In this document: positions 39,011-48,079 of the stretch, piece by piece
Layout: each line of letters begins with the position of its first letter
Position numbering within the stretch: the first letter of the stretch is position 1
The notes under the pieces: generated by a model
The model's database searches: none
Seen by the model: the letters and a program-made list of their open reading frames with translations, nothing else
What the model was told of the DNA's origin: nothing
IMG/VR virus record: IMGVR_UViG_3300022594_000256
Location: 3,368-67,367 of that record
DNA from: a virus
Taxonomy: Duplodnaviria > Heunggongvirae > Uroviricota > Caudoviricetes
Reading direction: 5' to 3' (one strand)
Length of the DNA stretch: 64,000 bases
Translations under genes and position numbers: made by a program

Positions 39011-39682
39011 TTACACGAAAATGAAGTCAGTGTCAATCTTTTGTGTTCTTACGTAGACTTTTTTAATAATACTTCTAAGTATTGGGTCGTTAGCATCAAA
39101 ATGGCTAACATACGCATTTAAGTTTGGACTTACAAATCGCCCGTTAAGTTTAAATCGTGCAAGTGTACTAATTCGAGACATATATCGTAGTGCTCTAAAT
39201 TTACCCAATGCTCTACATAACTCAATAGCGATACTAAACGCATATGCATCGATTTCGTCTGGGTCAGTAAGATACAATTGATAATGGTAGTTGCCATTAT
39301 GACGAGGCCAATATGTTTTGTAATTTCTTCTTCTAGCTTGTCGTTGGTGCTTGTACTCGTGGACTACTGCATCAAATATTTCTTTTAACAAGTCTGAAAT
39401 TTGTTGCTTGTCCCAAACAACAGTTTTGTCAAAGTTATGAAACACAATAACTTCAATGCATACATCGCCTTCTGCATCATCTTCTGCATCGTAGTATGCG
39501 TTGACGTAAAATTCTTCAACACCTAGATACTTTTTTCTTGATGATCTAAATTTAATGTGTAGATTGTTATTGACAAACTCTCTTCTTATAGTTGTAAGTA
39601 ACTGTTGGAAACTGACGCCTTGTTTTGTTACATTGCGTATGCCATTGCAGATCAAGCAAACAGTTTCCAGTATCGAGTTCAT
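39011..39682 (-). CDS. HExxH-motif protein (paralogue of 29465..30184)
   Basis: VVHEYKHQRQARRRNYKTYWPRHNGNYHYQLYLTDPDEIDAYAFSIAIE. Confidence 0.5.
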   Translation of the reverse strand: MNSILETVCLICNGIRNVTKQGVSFQQLLTTIRREFVNNNLHIKFRSSRKKYLGVEEFYVNAYYDAEDDAEGDVCIEVIVFHNFDKTVVWDKQQISDLLKEIFDAVVHEYKHQRQARRRNYKTYWPRHNGNYHYQLYLTDPDEIDAYAFSIAIELCRALGKFRALRYMSRISTLARFKLNGRFVSPNLNAYVSHFDANDPILRSIIKKVYVRTQKIDTDFIFV

Positions 39683-39897
39683 AATCTATAAGATATTCTT
39701 CCCTTGGTCAGATCATACGGGCTGACTTCGATCTTAACAGAGTCTCCAAGAATAATTCTAATCTTGTGCTGTTTCAATCTCCCGCCTAAGTAGCATAGAA
39801 TAGGGTTAGAGGCTTGCTCTATTTTCACTCTAAACATGTTACCTGGTAATACTTCTTCTACTGTGCCTGTTAGTTCTAAAATATCGTCTTTAGCCAT
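39679..39897 (-). CDS. infA: translation initiation factor IF-1
   Basis: 72 aa; MAKDDILELTGTVEEVLPGNMFRVKIEQ...KIRIILGDSVKIEVSPYDLTKGRISYRL aligns along full length with bacterial IF-1 (S1-like OB fold). Confidence 0.85.
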   Translation of the reverse strand: MAKDDILELTGTVEEVLPGNMFRVKIEQASNPILCYLGGRLKQHKIRIILGDSVKIEVSPYDLTKGRISYRL

Positions 39898-40072
39898 TTT
39901 TCTTTGATAAAGTTATCTTTCCTTCTTCCGCGTTAATTACAATTGTGTCGCCTTCTACCCAGCCTAGTTGTTCACAAATTTCTGGAGGTATTTTCATCAT
40001 ACAATTATCCGGATCTCCCGGGATGTCTTCGAAAATTTCTTCGTAGTTATATATCATACTATATTTATGGTC

Positions 40073-40474
40073 CTATTCCTCGTCATCCCACGGAACAGGC
40101 ATCCATCCTAGGTCATTCAAGTCCTGTGCAATTTCTTCTGATACTACACCTTCTGATTGGAATCCGGTACGTTCAAAATAGTCGTCGTCATCTGTATTAT
40201 TCGGATCAAGACTTAGTCCGCCACGCATACCTGAACAGTAGTAATCCATGTAGTCTTCACCCTTACCGCGAAGCTCTGCTACAATACCGCCAGCACCACG
40301 CCAGCTGGCTGACCAGTAGCGTTCACTAAGAACGGGCCACATCTCACGCTTACACCATCGCATGTTACACCAAGCTGCATACAAGTTTTGAGCATATCGC
40401 CTATCCTCAGCTTGTATTTTAGCCATGATCCACGAGCAGTCTCGGATCTCTTCTTGTAAGTCGTATTCTTTCAT
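40073..40474 (-). CDS. hypothetical acidic protein
   Basis: 133-aa ORF. Confidence 0.45.
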   Translation of the reverse strand: MKEYDLQEEIRDCSWIMAKIQAEDRRYAQNLYAAWCNMRWCKREMWPVLSERYWSASWRGAGGIVAELRGKGEDYMDYYCSGMRGGLSLDPNNTDDDDYFERTGFQSEGVVSEEIAQDLNDLGWMPVPWDDEE

Positions 40475-40791
40475 TAGTGGAACGATCCTTGCAGGCAGTG
40501 TAGAGTTTCATGCCCTAACATTTCTTTAGTAAACTTCTTAGGAAGGATAATAGTACATTGCTTACCCACCCAGAATGTACATGCGTCAACACCGTAGCCA
40601 AAACCGCCCATACCTCGGGCTTTGCTTTCTTTTTGGCAAGTAGCATTAACATTGTCAACATTACGGATGTCAATGTTTAGATGGTCTGACATGTTATCTT
40701 TAGAACTATACATAGCCTTAGGATCTTGCCAATCAGGTTTGGCAAAAACACTAGTAGCTACTATCAACAACATAAAAGCAATCTTTTTCAT
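40474..40791 (-). CDS. secreted small protein with HExxH
   Basis: signal peptide MKKIAFMLLIVATSVFA; C-terminal GHETLHCLQGSFH. Confidence 0.45.
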   Translation of the reverse strand: MKKIAFMLLIVATSVFAKPDWQDPKAMYSSKDNMSDHLNIDIRNVDNVNATCQKESKARGMGGFGYGVDACTFWVGKQCTIILPKKFTKEMLGHETLHCLQGSFH

Positions 40792-40813
40792 ACTATCCTC
40801 TGTGTAGTTAAAA

Positions 40814-40924
40814 TGGTGTAGACGGTAGGATTCGAACCTACAGAGTCGCTCTAAGAGCTAGACCCGGACCCTCCGTTCGCCGAAGCTACTAGGAGGAGGT
40901 TTACCAAGTTACACTCACGTCTAC
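40814..40924 (-). tRNA. atypical tRNA-like gene (107 nt + encoded ACCA)
   Basis: Minus-strand RNA GTAGACG TG AGTGTAACTTGGTAAACCTCCTCCTAGTAGCTTCGGCGAACGGAGGGTCCGGGTCTAGCTCTTAGAGCGACTCT GTAGG TTCGAAT CCTAC CGTCTAC ACCA: perfect 7-bp acceptor stem, canonical T-arm (T-loop TTCGAAT), discriminator A + CCA; body about 30 nt too long for a canonical cloverleaf; anticodon not assignable by eye. Confidence 0.5.
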
Positions 40925-40938
40925 GTCAGTATTATAAT
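40909..40938 (+). promoter_or_regulatory. sigma70-like promoter for rightward radical-SAM operon
   Basis: -35 TTACAC (40909-40914), 18-bp spacer, -10 TATAAT (40933-40938), about 20 nt upstream of first start. Confidence 0.4.
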
Positions 40939-40958
40939 CTCACTTGTAAATAGTGTCA

Positions 40959-41918
40959 ATGACATTCTCACAAATACCCCTTCAAGACATTGTTGCTTTT
41001 GGACAACAGACTATGTTGGATCGCCCATTATTTAACATAAGTTGGATTTTGGGCAGATTTTGTAACTATAAATGTAGCTATTGCTGGCCCTACGCTAGAA
41101 CCGATGTGCCCGATTACCAAAGTTTAGAACTGTATAAACGTACAGTAGATGAAATTAAACGACAAGCAAGAGCAAACGGATTTACACAATTCCATTGGAG
41201 TTTTAGCGGTGGCGAACCAACTGCATACAAATATTTACTTGATTTAATTAAACACCTAGACGAAACGGAAAGTAGCTACCAAAGCATACATATGACTACT
41301 AATTTAAGCCCTGGTTCAAAATGGTGGGGTAATTGGTGTCGTAACACTGAGCTGTTACAGCGTAAAAGTATTACGGCTAGCTTTCATGAAGAGTTTGCCA
41401 AAGAACAAGAGTTTGGTGATAAGTGTTTACAGCTAATGTACGAGCTGGTTCATGTAACAGTTAATCAAGTTATGGTTCCGGAAAGGTTCTACGAAACTTT
41501 AGATCGTTGTGAACGTCTACGTGCTAGAGGAATTAACGTAACACTCAAACCGCAAAGCAATGACACTGCTACTGCTATTGTAGATGGCTATACATCTGAT
41601 ATGATTAATATCATGCAAAATGATTTTGAACAACAAGAAGGTTTTCAAATTCGATTAACAGACGGTGAAAAAGATTATTACATAGACCAAGCAGAAAGAT
41701 TCAATGCATTAGGCTTTAATAAATTTACCAATTGGAATTGTAATGCAGGATATCAAAGTGTTATAATAAGAGGTAATGAAGTCAAACGAGCATATAGCTG
41801 TCGTGATGTTCCGTTAGGTACTTTAGATAGTTTTGAACTATTTAAACAACCACAGAAATGTACTACACCTACGTGTGTAAGCTCAGCCGATAGCAAAATA
41901 CCAAAATGTATAAATTAG
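40959..41918 (+). CDS. radical SAM protein (family C: CNYxCxYC)
   Basis: Track start is GTG 40953; ATG 40959; Cx3Cx2C = CNYKCSYCWPY. Confidence 0.7.
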   Translation: MTFSQIPLQDIVAFGQQTMLDRPLFNISWILGRFCNYKCSYCWPYARTDVPDYQSLELYKRTVDEIKRQARANGFTQFHWSFSGGEPTAYKYLLDLIKHLDETESSYQSIHMTTNLSPGSKWWGNWCRNTELLQRKSITASFHEEFAKEQEFGDKCLQLMYELVHVTVNQVMVPERFYETLDRCERLRARGINVTLKPQSNDTATAIVDGYTSDMINIMQNDFEQQEGFQIRLTDGEKDYYIDQAERFNALGFNKFTNWNCNAGYQSVIIRGNEVKRAYSCRDVPLGTLDSFELFKQPQKCTTPTCVSSADSKIPKCIN

Positions 41919-42928
41919 AAGATATAAGAGACATTCACTTAGAAGTTACAACAAAATGCCAGGCAAGGTGTCCTATGTGCCCTCGCAGAATAAACGGCGG
42001 TGTCTTAAATCCTCTAATGACATTGACTGAGATAGACTTAGAAACTTTTAAACAATGGTTTAGTGTAGACTTTATTCAGCAGTTAGACAGTTTGTTTATG
42101 TGTGGTAATTTAGGAGATCCTATTATTGCACAAGACTGTCTTCCAATACTCGAATATTTAAAGTTGTCAAACCCGAAAATACGATTGTCAATGCACACAA
42201 ATGGCAGTGCAAGGAACTCCAACTTTTGGAAAAAACTAGCAGAACTAAATGTTAGGGTAGTGTTTGGTATCGACGGTACGGAAAAGACACATAGTCTTTA
42301 TCGCATCAATACAGATTATAACCAAATTTTAAATAACGCTAAGACTTTTATTGATGCTGGTGGGTACGCCGAATGGCACATGTTAGTGTTTGAGCATAAT
42401 CAACATGAAACAGAACTTTGTCAGCATACTGCTAATCAAATGGGTTTTAAAAACTTTCAAATAAAACACACTACAAGATTTACAGATACTAGTTTTCCTG
42501 TCCTTGATGATAGTGGAAAGACATTGTATCAACTATACCCAAGTGACAGAACAAAAGAACAGTTGCCAACCATATTAAAATATTCTAGAGATTTGCCTTC
42601 ATCGTTTGTAGTTGAGCAGGTTGGAAAATGTACAATTAATTGCAAGGCTGTTAAATGGAAGCAAATTTATGTTGCTGCTACGGGAAATGTAGGTCCTTGT
42701 TGTTGGATGGACTTTAAAGAAAAATTACACAAACAAAACACACGTATTGACTACATGGATAAGATAGGATTGTTTCCTAATTTACAAGAACATACTCTAG
42801 CAGAAATTTTTAATTCTGGATACTTTGATAAGATATCTAGTACATGGGATTCTGAGCCAGTATTTGAATGTGCTAAACAATGCGGTAATTTTGATAAGTC
42901 TGGGGTTCAATTTGAAAATAGATCTTGA
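41906..42928 (+). CDS. radical SAM protein (family B: CQARCPMCP) with C-terminal Cys-rich (SPASM/twitch-like) region
   Basis: LEVTTKCQARCPMCPRRINGG; C-terminal CTINCKAV...GPCCW...CAKQCGNFD. Confidence 0.7.
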   Translation: MYKLEDIRDIHLEVTTKCQARCPMCPRRINGGVLNPLMTLTEIDLETFKQWFSVDFIQQLDSLFMCGNLGDPIIAQDCLPILEYLKLSNPKIRLSMHTNGSARNSNFWKKLAELNVRVVFGIDGTEKTHSLYRINTDYNQILNNAKTFIDAGGYAEWHMLVFEHNQHETELCQHTANQMGFKNFQIKHTTRFTDTSFPVLDDSGKTLYQLYPSDRTKEQLPTILKYSRDLPSSFVVEQVGKCTINCKAVKWKQIYVAATGNVGPCCWMDFKEKLHKQNTRIDYMDKIGLFPNLQEHTLAEIFNSGYFDKISSTWDSEPVFECAKQCGNFDKSGVQFENRS

Positions 42929-42944
42929 ACACCTTCATTACTGG

Positions 42945-43502
42945 ATGCAAGCTATCCGCCAAAGTAATGATCCTATGCGCACTATGGATGCCTTTTGGAG
43001 TGGACAACTTAAAAGCAAAGAGTGGTTGATTACTAATCTTCGCAAGAATGTTGACAAAGTTGTTAGTGTAGATATACACGGTGGGTGGGTAGGAGTACTT
43101 GCCAGTATGCTGTTTCAAAGTGATATTATATGCACAACAATAAGAAGCATTGACATCGACCCTAGTTGTGAACCTATTGCTAACATGATGAACAAGGGCG
43201 AAGAGATGGTTGGCAAGTTTCGTGCAGTAACAGCGGACATGTGTACAATACGTAGCGACGCTGATGTAATTATTAACACAAGTTGCGAACATATAACACA
43301 AGACCAATTTGATTTATGGAAGTCAGGCATGCCGCATAATTCGTTACTTGTATTGCAAAGTAACAATTATATTATAGATGAGCATATTCGTCCTGCAAAA
43401 AGTTTAGAACATTTTAAAGAACAGTGTGGAATTAATGTATTGTGGGCAGGAGAATTAGAATTGCCCTTGTACACACGTTACATGATTATAGGAAAGCAGT
43501 AA
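42945..43502 (+). CDS. hypothetical protein, possible class I SAM-dependent methyltransferase
   Basis: VVSVDIHGGWVGVLASMLF resembles motif I (V.D.G.G.G); start moved to ATG 42945 to remove 104-nt overlap. Confidence 0.35.
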   Translation: MQAIRQSNDPMRTMDAFWSGQLKSKEWLITNLRKNVDKVVSVDIHGGWVGVLASMLFQSDIICTTIRSIDIDPSCEPIANMMNKGEEMVGKFRAVTADMCTIRSDADVIINTSCEHITQDQFDLWKSGMPHNSLLVLQSNNYIIDEHIRPAKSLEHFKEQCGINVLWAGELELPLYTRYMIIGKQ

Positions 43503-44920
43503 TGGATAAGGTATTTTGGTTACAACCAGAAAACACTCAATTAGGTGATTGGCAAAAACAAATAACCGAAGTATCTGGAAGCCCTAGCTTTTGTGTCCTT
43601 CCATGGATACACTTAGCAACACGCCCTAACGGCGACATGCGTATTTGTTGCGTAGCCAATGCTAGTGGTGCAGAGTCTGGCGATTATTCTGTAGGACTTG
43701 TTAAAAAGGAAGACGGAACTCCTGCTAACTTTGGAAGAGATTTACCAACAGAAGCATTTAACAATGACTATATGAAGTCAGTAAGAAAAACAATGTTAGC
43801 AGGTGAAGTTCCTGCTAGCTGTCTTAAATGCTACGAGGAAGAACAACGAGGCATCAGCAGTAAACGTATTTGGGAAACTGGTACTTGGTACTTACATGAA
43901 CAATTGGACATTAAAGAACTAATTGCTGAAACACAGGAAGACGGAACAGTCCCTCATAAACTTCAATATTTAGATTTACGTCTAGGCAACACTTGTAACC
44001 TAAAGTGCATTATGTGTAGTCCGCACGACAGTAGCATGTGGACAACTGAATACAAAAAAGTATATCCGATATTTCAAAGCCCATTGATTAAAAGCCAAAT
44101 GGGCTGGGATGAAAGTTTACACGATAACCGCTGGCACGAGAATCCTAAATTCTGGGAAGAGATATTTGATCAGATTCCTAACATTAAACAATTGTACTTT
44201 GCCGGTGGCGAACCTTTACTAATTAAAGAGCATAGGATTTTATTAGAAGAAATTATCAAGCGTGGGTACGCAGATAAGATTAGTTTGCGTTATAACACTA
44301 ACGGTATACTAGTGTCAGATGAAATTATTGACGTTTGGAAAAAATTTAAAAAAGTTAAAGTTGGTGTTAGTTTAGACGGCATTGGCCCACGTGGAGAATA
44401 TATACGTTATCCGTTAGATTGGAAAACTGTAGAAGCTAATTTAATTAAGTTAGACAATGCTCCTAACAACATACAAACAAACATTGCTATGGCAGTACAA
44501 ATTTTAAATATCAAGCACGTTCCAGATTTTATCAAATGGAAAGTGGGCATGAATTTTAAAAAAATTAATTTTGATAAAAATGCAGCTGGGCACACAATGG
44601 GCGGTGGACTAGTTGGTGTACACTTGTTATGGATTCCAACTTGGCTAAGTTTACGTGTTCTTCCTAAAGAAGACAAAGAAGAAGTGCGTAAAATGTTTGC
44701 GGAACTACAAGAATGGCTGTGGAAACATTATACACAGGATAAAGAGTTTTGGGAAATTAACCCGTATGGGTGGAAACGTTGGGAAGGCATACTAGATTGG
44801 ATGGATGCCGAAGACGATACTCGCTTGCTTACAGACTTCCGCGAATACATTAGTAAAATGGATAACCAACGTAAAACAAATTTTAAAATTACATTTCCTG
44901 AGATTGCACATTTACTATGA
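43502..44920 (+). CDS. radical SAM protein with N-terminal Cys-rich extension (family A)
   Basis: FCVLPWIHLATRPNGDMRICC...CLKCY then CNLKCIMC; start set to ATG 43502 (TAATG coupling). Confidence 0.7.
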   Translation: MDKVFWLQPENTQLGDWQKQITEVSGSPSFCVLPWIHLATRPNGDMRICCVANASGAESGDYSVGLVKKEDGTPANFGRDLPTEAFNNDYMKSVRKTMLAGEVPASCLKCYEEEQRGISSKRIWETGTWYLHEQLDIKELIAETQEDGTVPHKLQYLDLRLGNTCNLKCIMCSPHDSSMWTTEYKKVYPIFQSPLIKSQMGWDESLHDNRWHENPKFWEEIFDQIPNIKQLYFAGGEPLLIKEHRILLEEIIKRGYADKISLRYNTNGILVSDEIIDVWKKFKKVKVGVSLDGIGPRGEYIRYPLDWKTVEANLIKLDNAPNNIQTNIAMAVQILNIKHVPDFIKWKVGMNFKKINFDKNAAGHTMGGGLVGVHLLWIPTWLSLRVLPKEDKEEVRKMFAELQEWLWKHYTQDKEFWEINPYGWKRWEGILDWMDAEDDTRLLTDFREYISKMDNQRKTNFKITFPEIAHLL

Positions 44921-45954
44921 AACCTATAAAGATTGTATCAACTCAACAGGCAAATATCTTAGAAATAAGATGGCATCCTAATAATGTTTGTAACTATTCA
45001 TGTGAATACTGCTGGCCCGGAAGTCACGACGGCGATTACCCGTCTCCAAAAAATTTAGATCTTATAATTAAAAATTTTAATCACATGGCAGAGCATTATA
45101 AGACTCAGTTAGGTAAAACTAAAATACATCTTAAGATGGGTGGCGGTGAACCTACATTGTGGAAAGACTTAGCAAAGTTCATACGAGAAGTAAAAAAGAA
45201 TAATGACATATATTTTACAATTATTAGTAACGGTAGTAGAACACTGCGTTGGTGGAAAGAAAATGGTGACTTAATAGATAACGCACATCTGTCTTTTCAT
45301 ATTGCACAAGCAGATGCTGATCATATGATTGCTGTTGCTGACACTCTGTTTGAGTTTAATAAAAAGGTAACTGTTAAAGTACTTATGGACCGCAAGCATT
45401 GGCAGGAAGGCTTAGACGTTATTGAGTACATGAAAAAGAATAGTAAGCATAAATGGTTTATTATGACCAGCGAGGTAATTGAGCCTGAGACTCTTAAAAT
45501 AGCAGGTATAAGGGTTGTAAGCAATACTGACATTCAATTAACCCCTGCCCAAAAAGGCTTCCTAAAAAATCCACTAAAAAGAATACCTAGTTTATTATGG
45601 TTTTGGAAAAATATAAAATTAGTATTTGAAGGGCAGATTAGACTGTTCGAAAGTGTTATGTATTTTGACAACAATAAAAAACAAAAAGCAAAGACTAACA
45701 CCTACATTAACAATGGGTGGACTAGCTTTCAAGGTTGGAGTTGTGATATTGGCTTAGAAAATGTTTACATTGATTGGGCAGGATCTATTCAAGGATCATG
45801 CGGGCAAACACTTTACGGGTTAGATCATAATTTTAATATCCTGGATGAGGATTTTGTAGAAAAATTTAATCCAGAATTGAAGCCATCAATTTGTGCTATT
45901 AGAAACTGTTTCTGTGTTCCAGAAACTCATGTCTCAAAGTTTAACCTTAGTTAA
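44917..45954 (+). CDS. radical SAM protein (family C)
   Basis: LEIRWHPNNVCNYSCEYCWPG; ATGA coupling. Confidence 0.7.
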   Translation: MKPIKIVSTQQANILEIRWHPNNVCNYSCEYCWPGSHDGDYPSPKNLDLIIKNFNHMAEHYKTQLGKTKIHLKMGGGEPTLWKDLAKFIREVKKNNDIYFTIISNGSRTLRWWKENGDLIDNAHLSFHIAQADADHMIAVADTLFEFNKKVTVKVLMDRKHWQEGLDVIEYMKKNSKHKWFIMTSEVIEPETLKIAGIRVVSNTDIQLTPAQKGFLKNPLKRIPSLLWFWKNIKLVFEGQIRLFESVMYFDNNKKQKAKTNTYINNGWTSFQGWSCDIGLENVYIDWAGSIQGSCGQTLYGLDHNFNILDEDFVEKFNPELKPSICAIRNCFCVPETHVSKFNLS

Positions 45955-46833
45955 GGGAATGTCAGCAGCACAAGTACAGAAGTTCCTATCACAAATGATC
46001 GGAGCATCGGGGACATTAAAAGTTCCTGCGTAAATATTTCCTAAACTGCCGCCCACACGACAAGTAGCGCGGTGAACTTCTCCGTCCCAGTTAATCATTA
46101 GACTTTCTAAGCCTGCATTACAGCTCCATCCTTTCCATTGATTTAAATGTAGTTTAATAATGTCATTAGCATGATACAGCATCTCTTGACCATTGTCATC
46201 TGTTAATACAGTATTTGCTTTTACAGTAGCACTATGTTCTTTAATCCAAATTAAATCATCAGGGTGATAACGCATATCGTCAAACAAGTCATGGTCGCCT
46301 TCGGTCCAACGTATGCGCCTAACAGTTGTAGAAATCCCATCTGCATATAATGTATGGTACGATGCTTTAACAAATGCCATATGATCATGATGTGCCATTA
46401 GCTGTGCAATAACTGGCGTAAGAGTTTGTGCTGCTACAGTTCGTAACGTGTTGCATATACGCATCCAATCATATTCAAAATGTACACTGAATACATATTG
46501 ATCAACTGGTAAGGATTGATAAAACTCTGCAGGTAGTGTGCCGTTAGTTGTTACACTAATCCAACTAATGCCAACATGCTTACAGTATTTTACTAGTTCT
46601 TGAAATTTAGGATGTACTGTAGGTTCGCCGCCAGTAAAGCTAAGACGTATAGGCTTGCCTAGAGTCATTAGTTTGTCTACAGTTGCTTTAAGGGTTTCTA
46701 TGTCGGTGTGTGGACTTGAATTGTCGTGTATGCTACTAGGGCAGTAGCTACAATCGTAGTTACAACGCTTGCCAAGATTCCACTCAATTTTAATCGAATC
46801 TTGATGCGGCCAACGACTAGTTACTTTAGACAA
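45934..46833 (-). CDS. radical SAM protein (family C)
   Basis: IKIEWNLGKRCNYDCSYCPSS; TTG start with GGAG SD, overlaps upstream gene by 8 nt; convergent with 44917..45954 (21-nt 3' overlap). Confidence 0.65.
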   Translation of the reverse strand: MSKVTSRWPHQDSIKIEWNLGKRCNYDCSYCPSSIHDNSSPHTDIETLKATVDKLMTLGKPIRLSFTGGEPTVHPKFQELVKYCKHVGISWISVTTNGTLPAEFYQSLPVDQYVFSVHFEYDWMRICNTLRTVAAQTLTPVIAQLMAHHDHMAFVKASYHTLYADGISTTVRRIRWTEGDHDLFDDMRYHPDDLIWIKEHSATVKANTVLTDDNGQEMLYHANDIIKLHLNQWKGWSCNAGLESLMINWDGEVHRATCRVGGSLGNIYAGTFNVPDAPIICDRNFCTCAADIPLTKVKL

Positions 46834-48079
46834 TGGACTTAAACTCCGGAGTTACATCTGTAAAACTTTGATTTCGAGTTACATCTAATCTACGATTAAA
46901 TTCTACACAGTCTTGCCATTTCTCGGATTGATCTCGAGCATTAAGATAGTTAATGTTATCTTGTATTTGACCCAACGTATATGCTAACAGTTGCGGATGC
47001 TGCTTAACAAGTTTAAAGTCCTTAATACGATAGCTAACTTCTTGTAGGCGTTGTATTGCTAATGCTCGCAACTTAGGAGGTAGTACTTGTGCCGATAGTA
47101 ACTTGGGATATTCTACTCTGTGTGTATGGAACACAATACCTAACTCATCTAAGAAATACTCAATCATTTTATCTAAGATAAGCACGTTACTTACTTGAAC
47201 AGTTACTGCCCCGACGATTCTACTAATGTTTGAGATTTTTTGGATCTCTTGTATGTTCTGTACAAGAATGTTCCAGTCGCTGTTACCGCGAACGTACTCG
47301 TAAACAGAACCAATGCCGTCAATAGAGACGTTAACGGCAACACTTCTAAACTTAGGCCAATATTCGTGAACACTTCGTCCTCCTTTAATTCCTAATGTAC
47401 TTAGGTTTGTAGCATACTTAATTTCTATTTGATGCCCGTATGGAGAAAGCATGTCTAAAATTTTATAATGCTGTGGATCCATTAATGGCTCTCCGCCTGC
47501 AAATTCTACACGTCGAAAATAGGGCAATAGTTTTTCTAAACTTGCCCACCACTTTGGATCATCTTGGAATTTATCAAGAAACGGTTTGCGTTCTAAATTA
47601 TGTTCTTCTACAATGGCATACATAATGTTGCCTTCTGCTTTGTAAAAGTCTTTAACTTCGCTCCAATCATTCCAACTAGTACTATCCATCGGATGACACA
47701 TGCGACACTTAAGATTACACAAGTTGTTTAACTTTAATTCCATTGTAGGAATTTCAAATGGCATTACTTCTTGTAACGGAGTGTTCGGATAAAGGTTAAT
47801 ACGTGCTTCTGGAATTTTACCTGATATATGTCGAACACGTAAACTTTCAACACCTTGGTCCTCTAAACTGAAACAGGGCTCACACTCGGGTGGGCGTTCG
47901 TTGTTAAGTACTTGCCTACGAATACGCTGCATTGTTTTGTTGTTCCAGATTTCTTCTAACGACTCTTTGTCTATAAAGCCAACAGGGTGGCTACGACAAC
48001 AAGCACATATAGCACCGTCTTCCCTAGTGGCTAACCCTGTAAACGGGTGCATACAAAATGTTTTACTGTTCTGCGACAT
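46826..48079 (-). CDS. radical SAM protein with N-terminal Cys-rich extension (family A)
   Basis: FCMHPFTGLATREDGAICACC...CEPCF then CNLKCRMC. Confidence 0.7.
   Translation of the reverse strand: MSQNSKTFCMHPFTGLATREDGAICACCRSHPVGFIDKESLEEIWNNKTMQRIRRQVLNNERPPECEPCFSLEDQGVESLRVRHISGKIPEARINLYPNTPLQEVMPFEIPTMELKLNNLCNLKCRMCHPMDSTSWNDWSEVKDFYKAEGNIMYAIVEEHNLERKPFLDKFQDDPKWWASLEKLLPYFRRVEFAGGEPLMDPQHYKILDMLSPYGHQIEIKYATNLSTLGIKGGRSVHEYWPKFRSVAVNVSIDGIGSVYEYVRGNSDWNILVQNIQEIQKISNISRIVGAVTVQVSNVLILDKMIEYFLDELGIVFHTHRVEYPKLLSAQVLPPKLRALAIQRLQEVSYRIKDFKLVKQHPQLLAYTLGQIQDNINYLNARDQSEKWQDCVEFNRRLDVTRNQSFTDVTPEFKSIV

Noticed and set aside
40814-40924. tRNA-like element as a phage attP / integration scar
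   Set aside because: I could find no direct repeat of the tRNA 3' end elsewhere in the window and no integrase gene. The element appears intact rather than a truncated duplicate, so the attP idea is left open but not claimed.
42873-43366. Minus-strand ORFs 42873..43307 and 43115..43366 inside the methyltransferase-like gene
   Set aside because: They are antisense to a plus-strand gene that is translationally coupled to both neighbours. Cys/His-rich junk translations.
40959-46833. Assigning the CNYxCxYC radical SAM proteins as QueE (7-carboxy-7-deazaguanine synthase)
   Set aside because: They are 299-345 aa (QueE is about 210-240 aa). The CxY/CxW cluster flavour is common to many radical-SAM families. 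Without an HMM hit this is unsupported.
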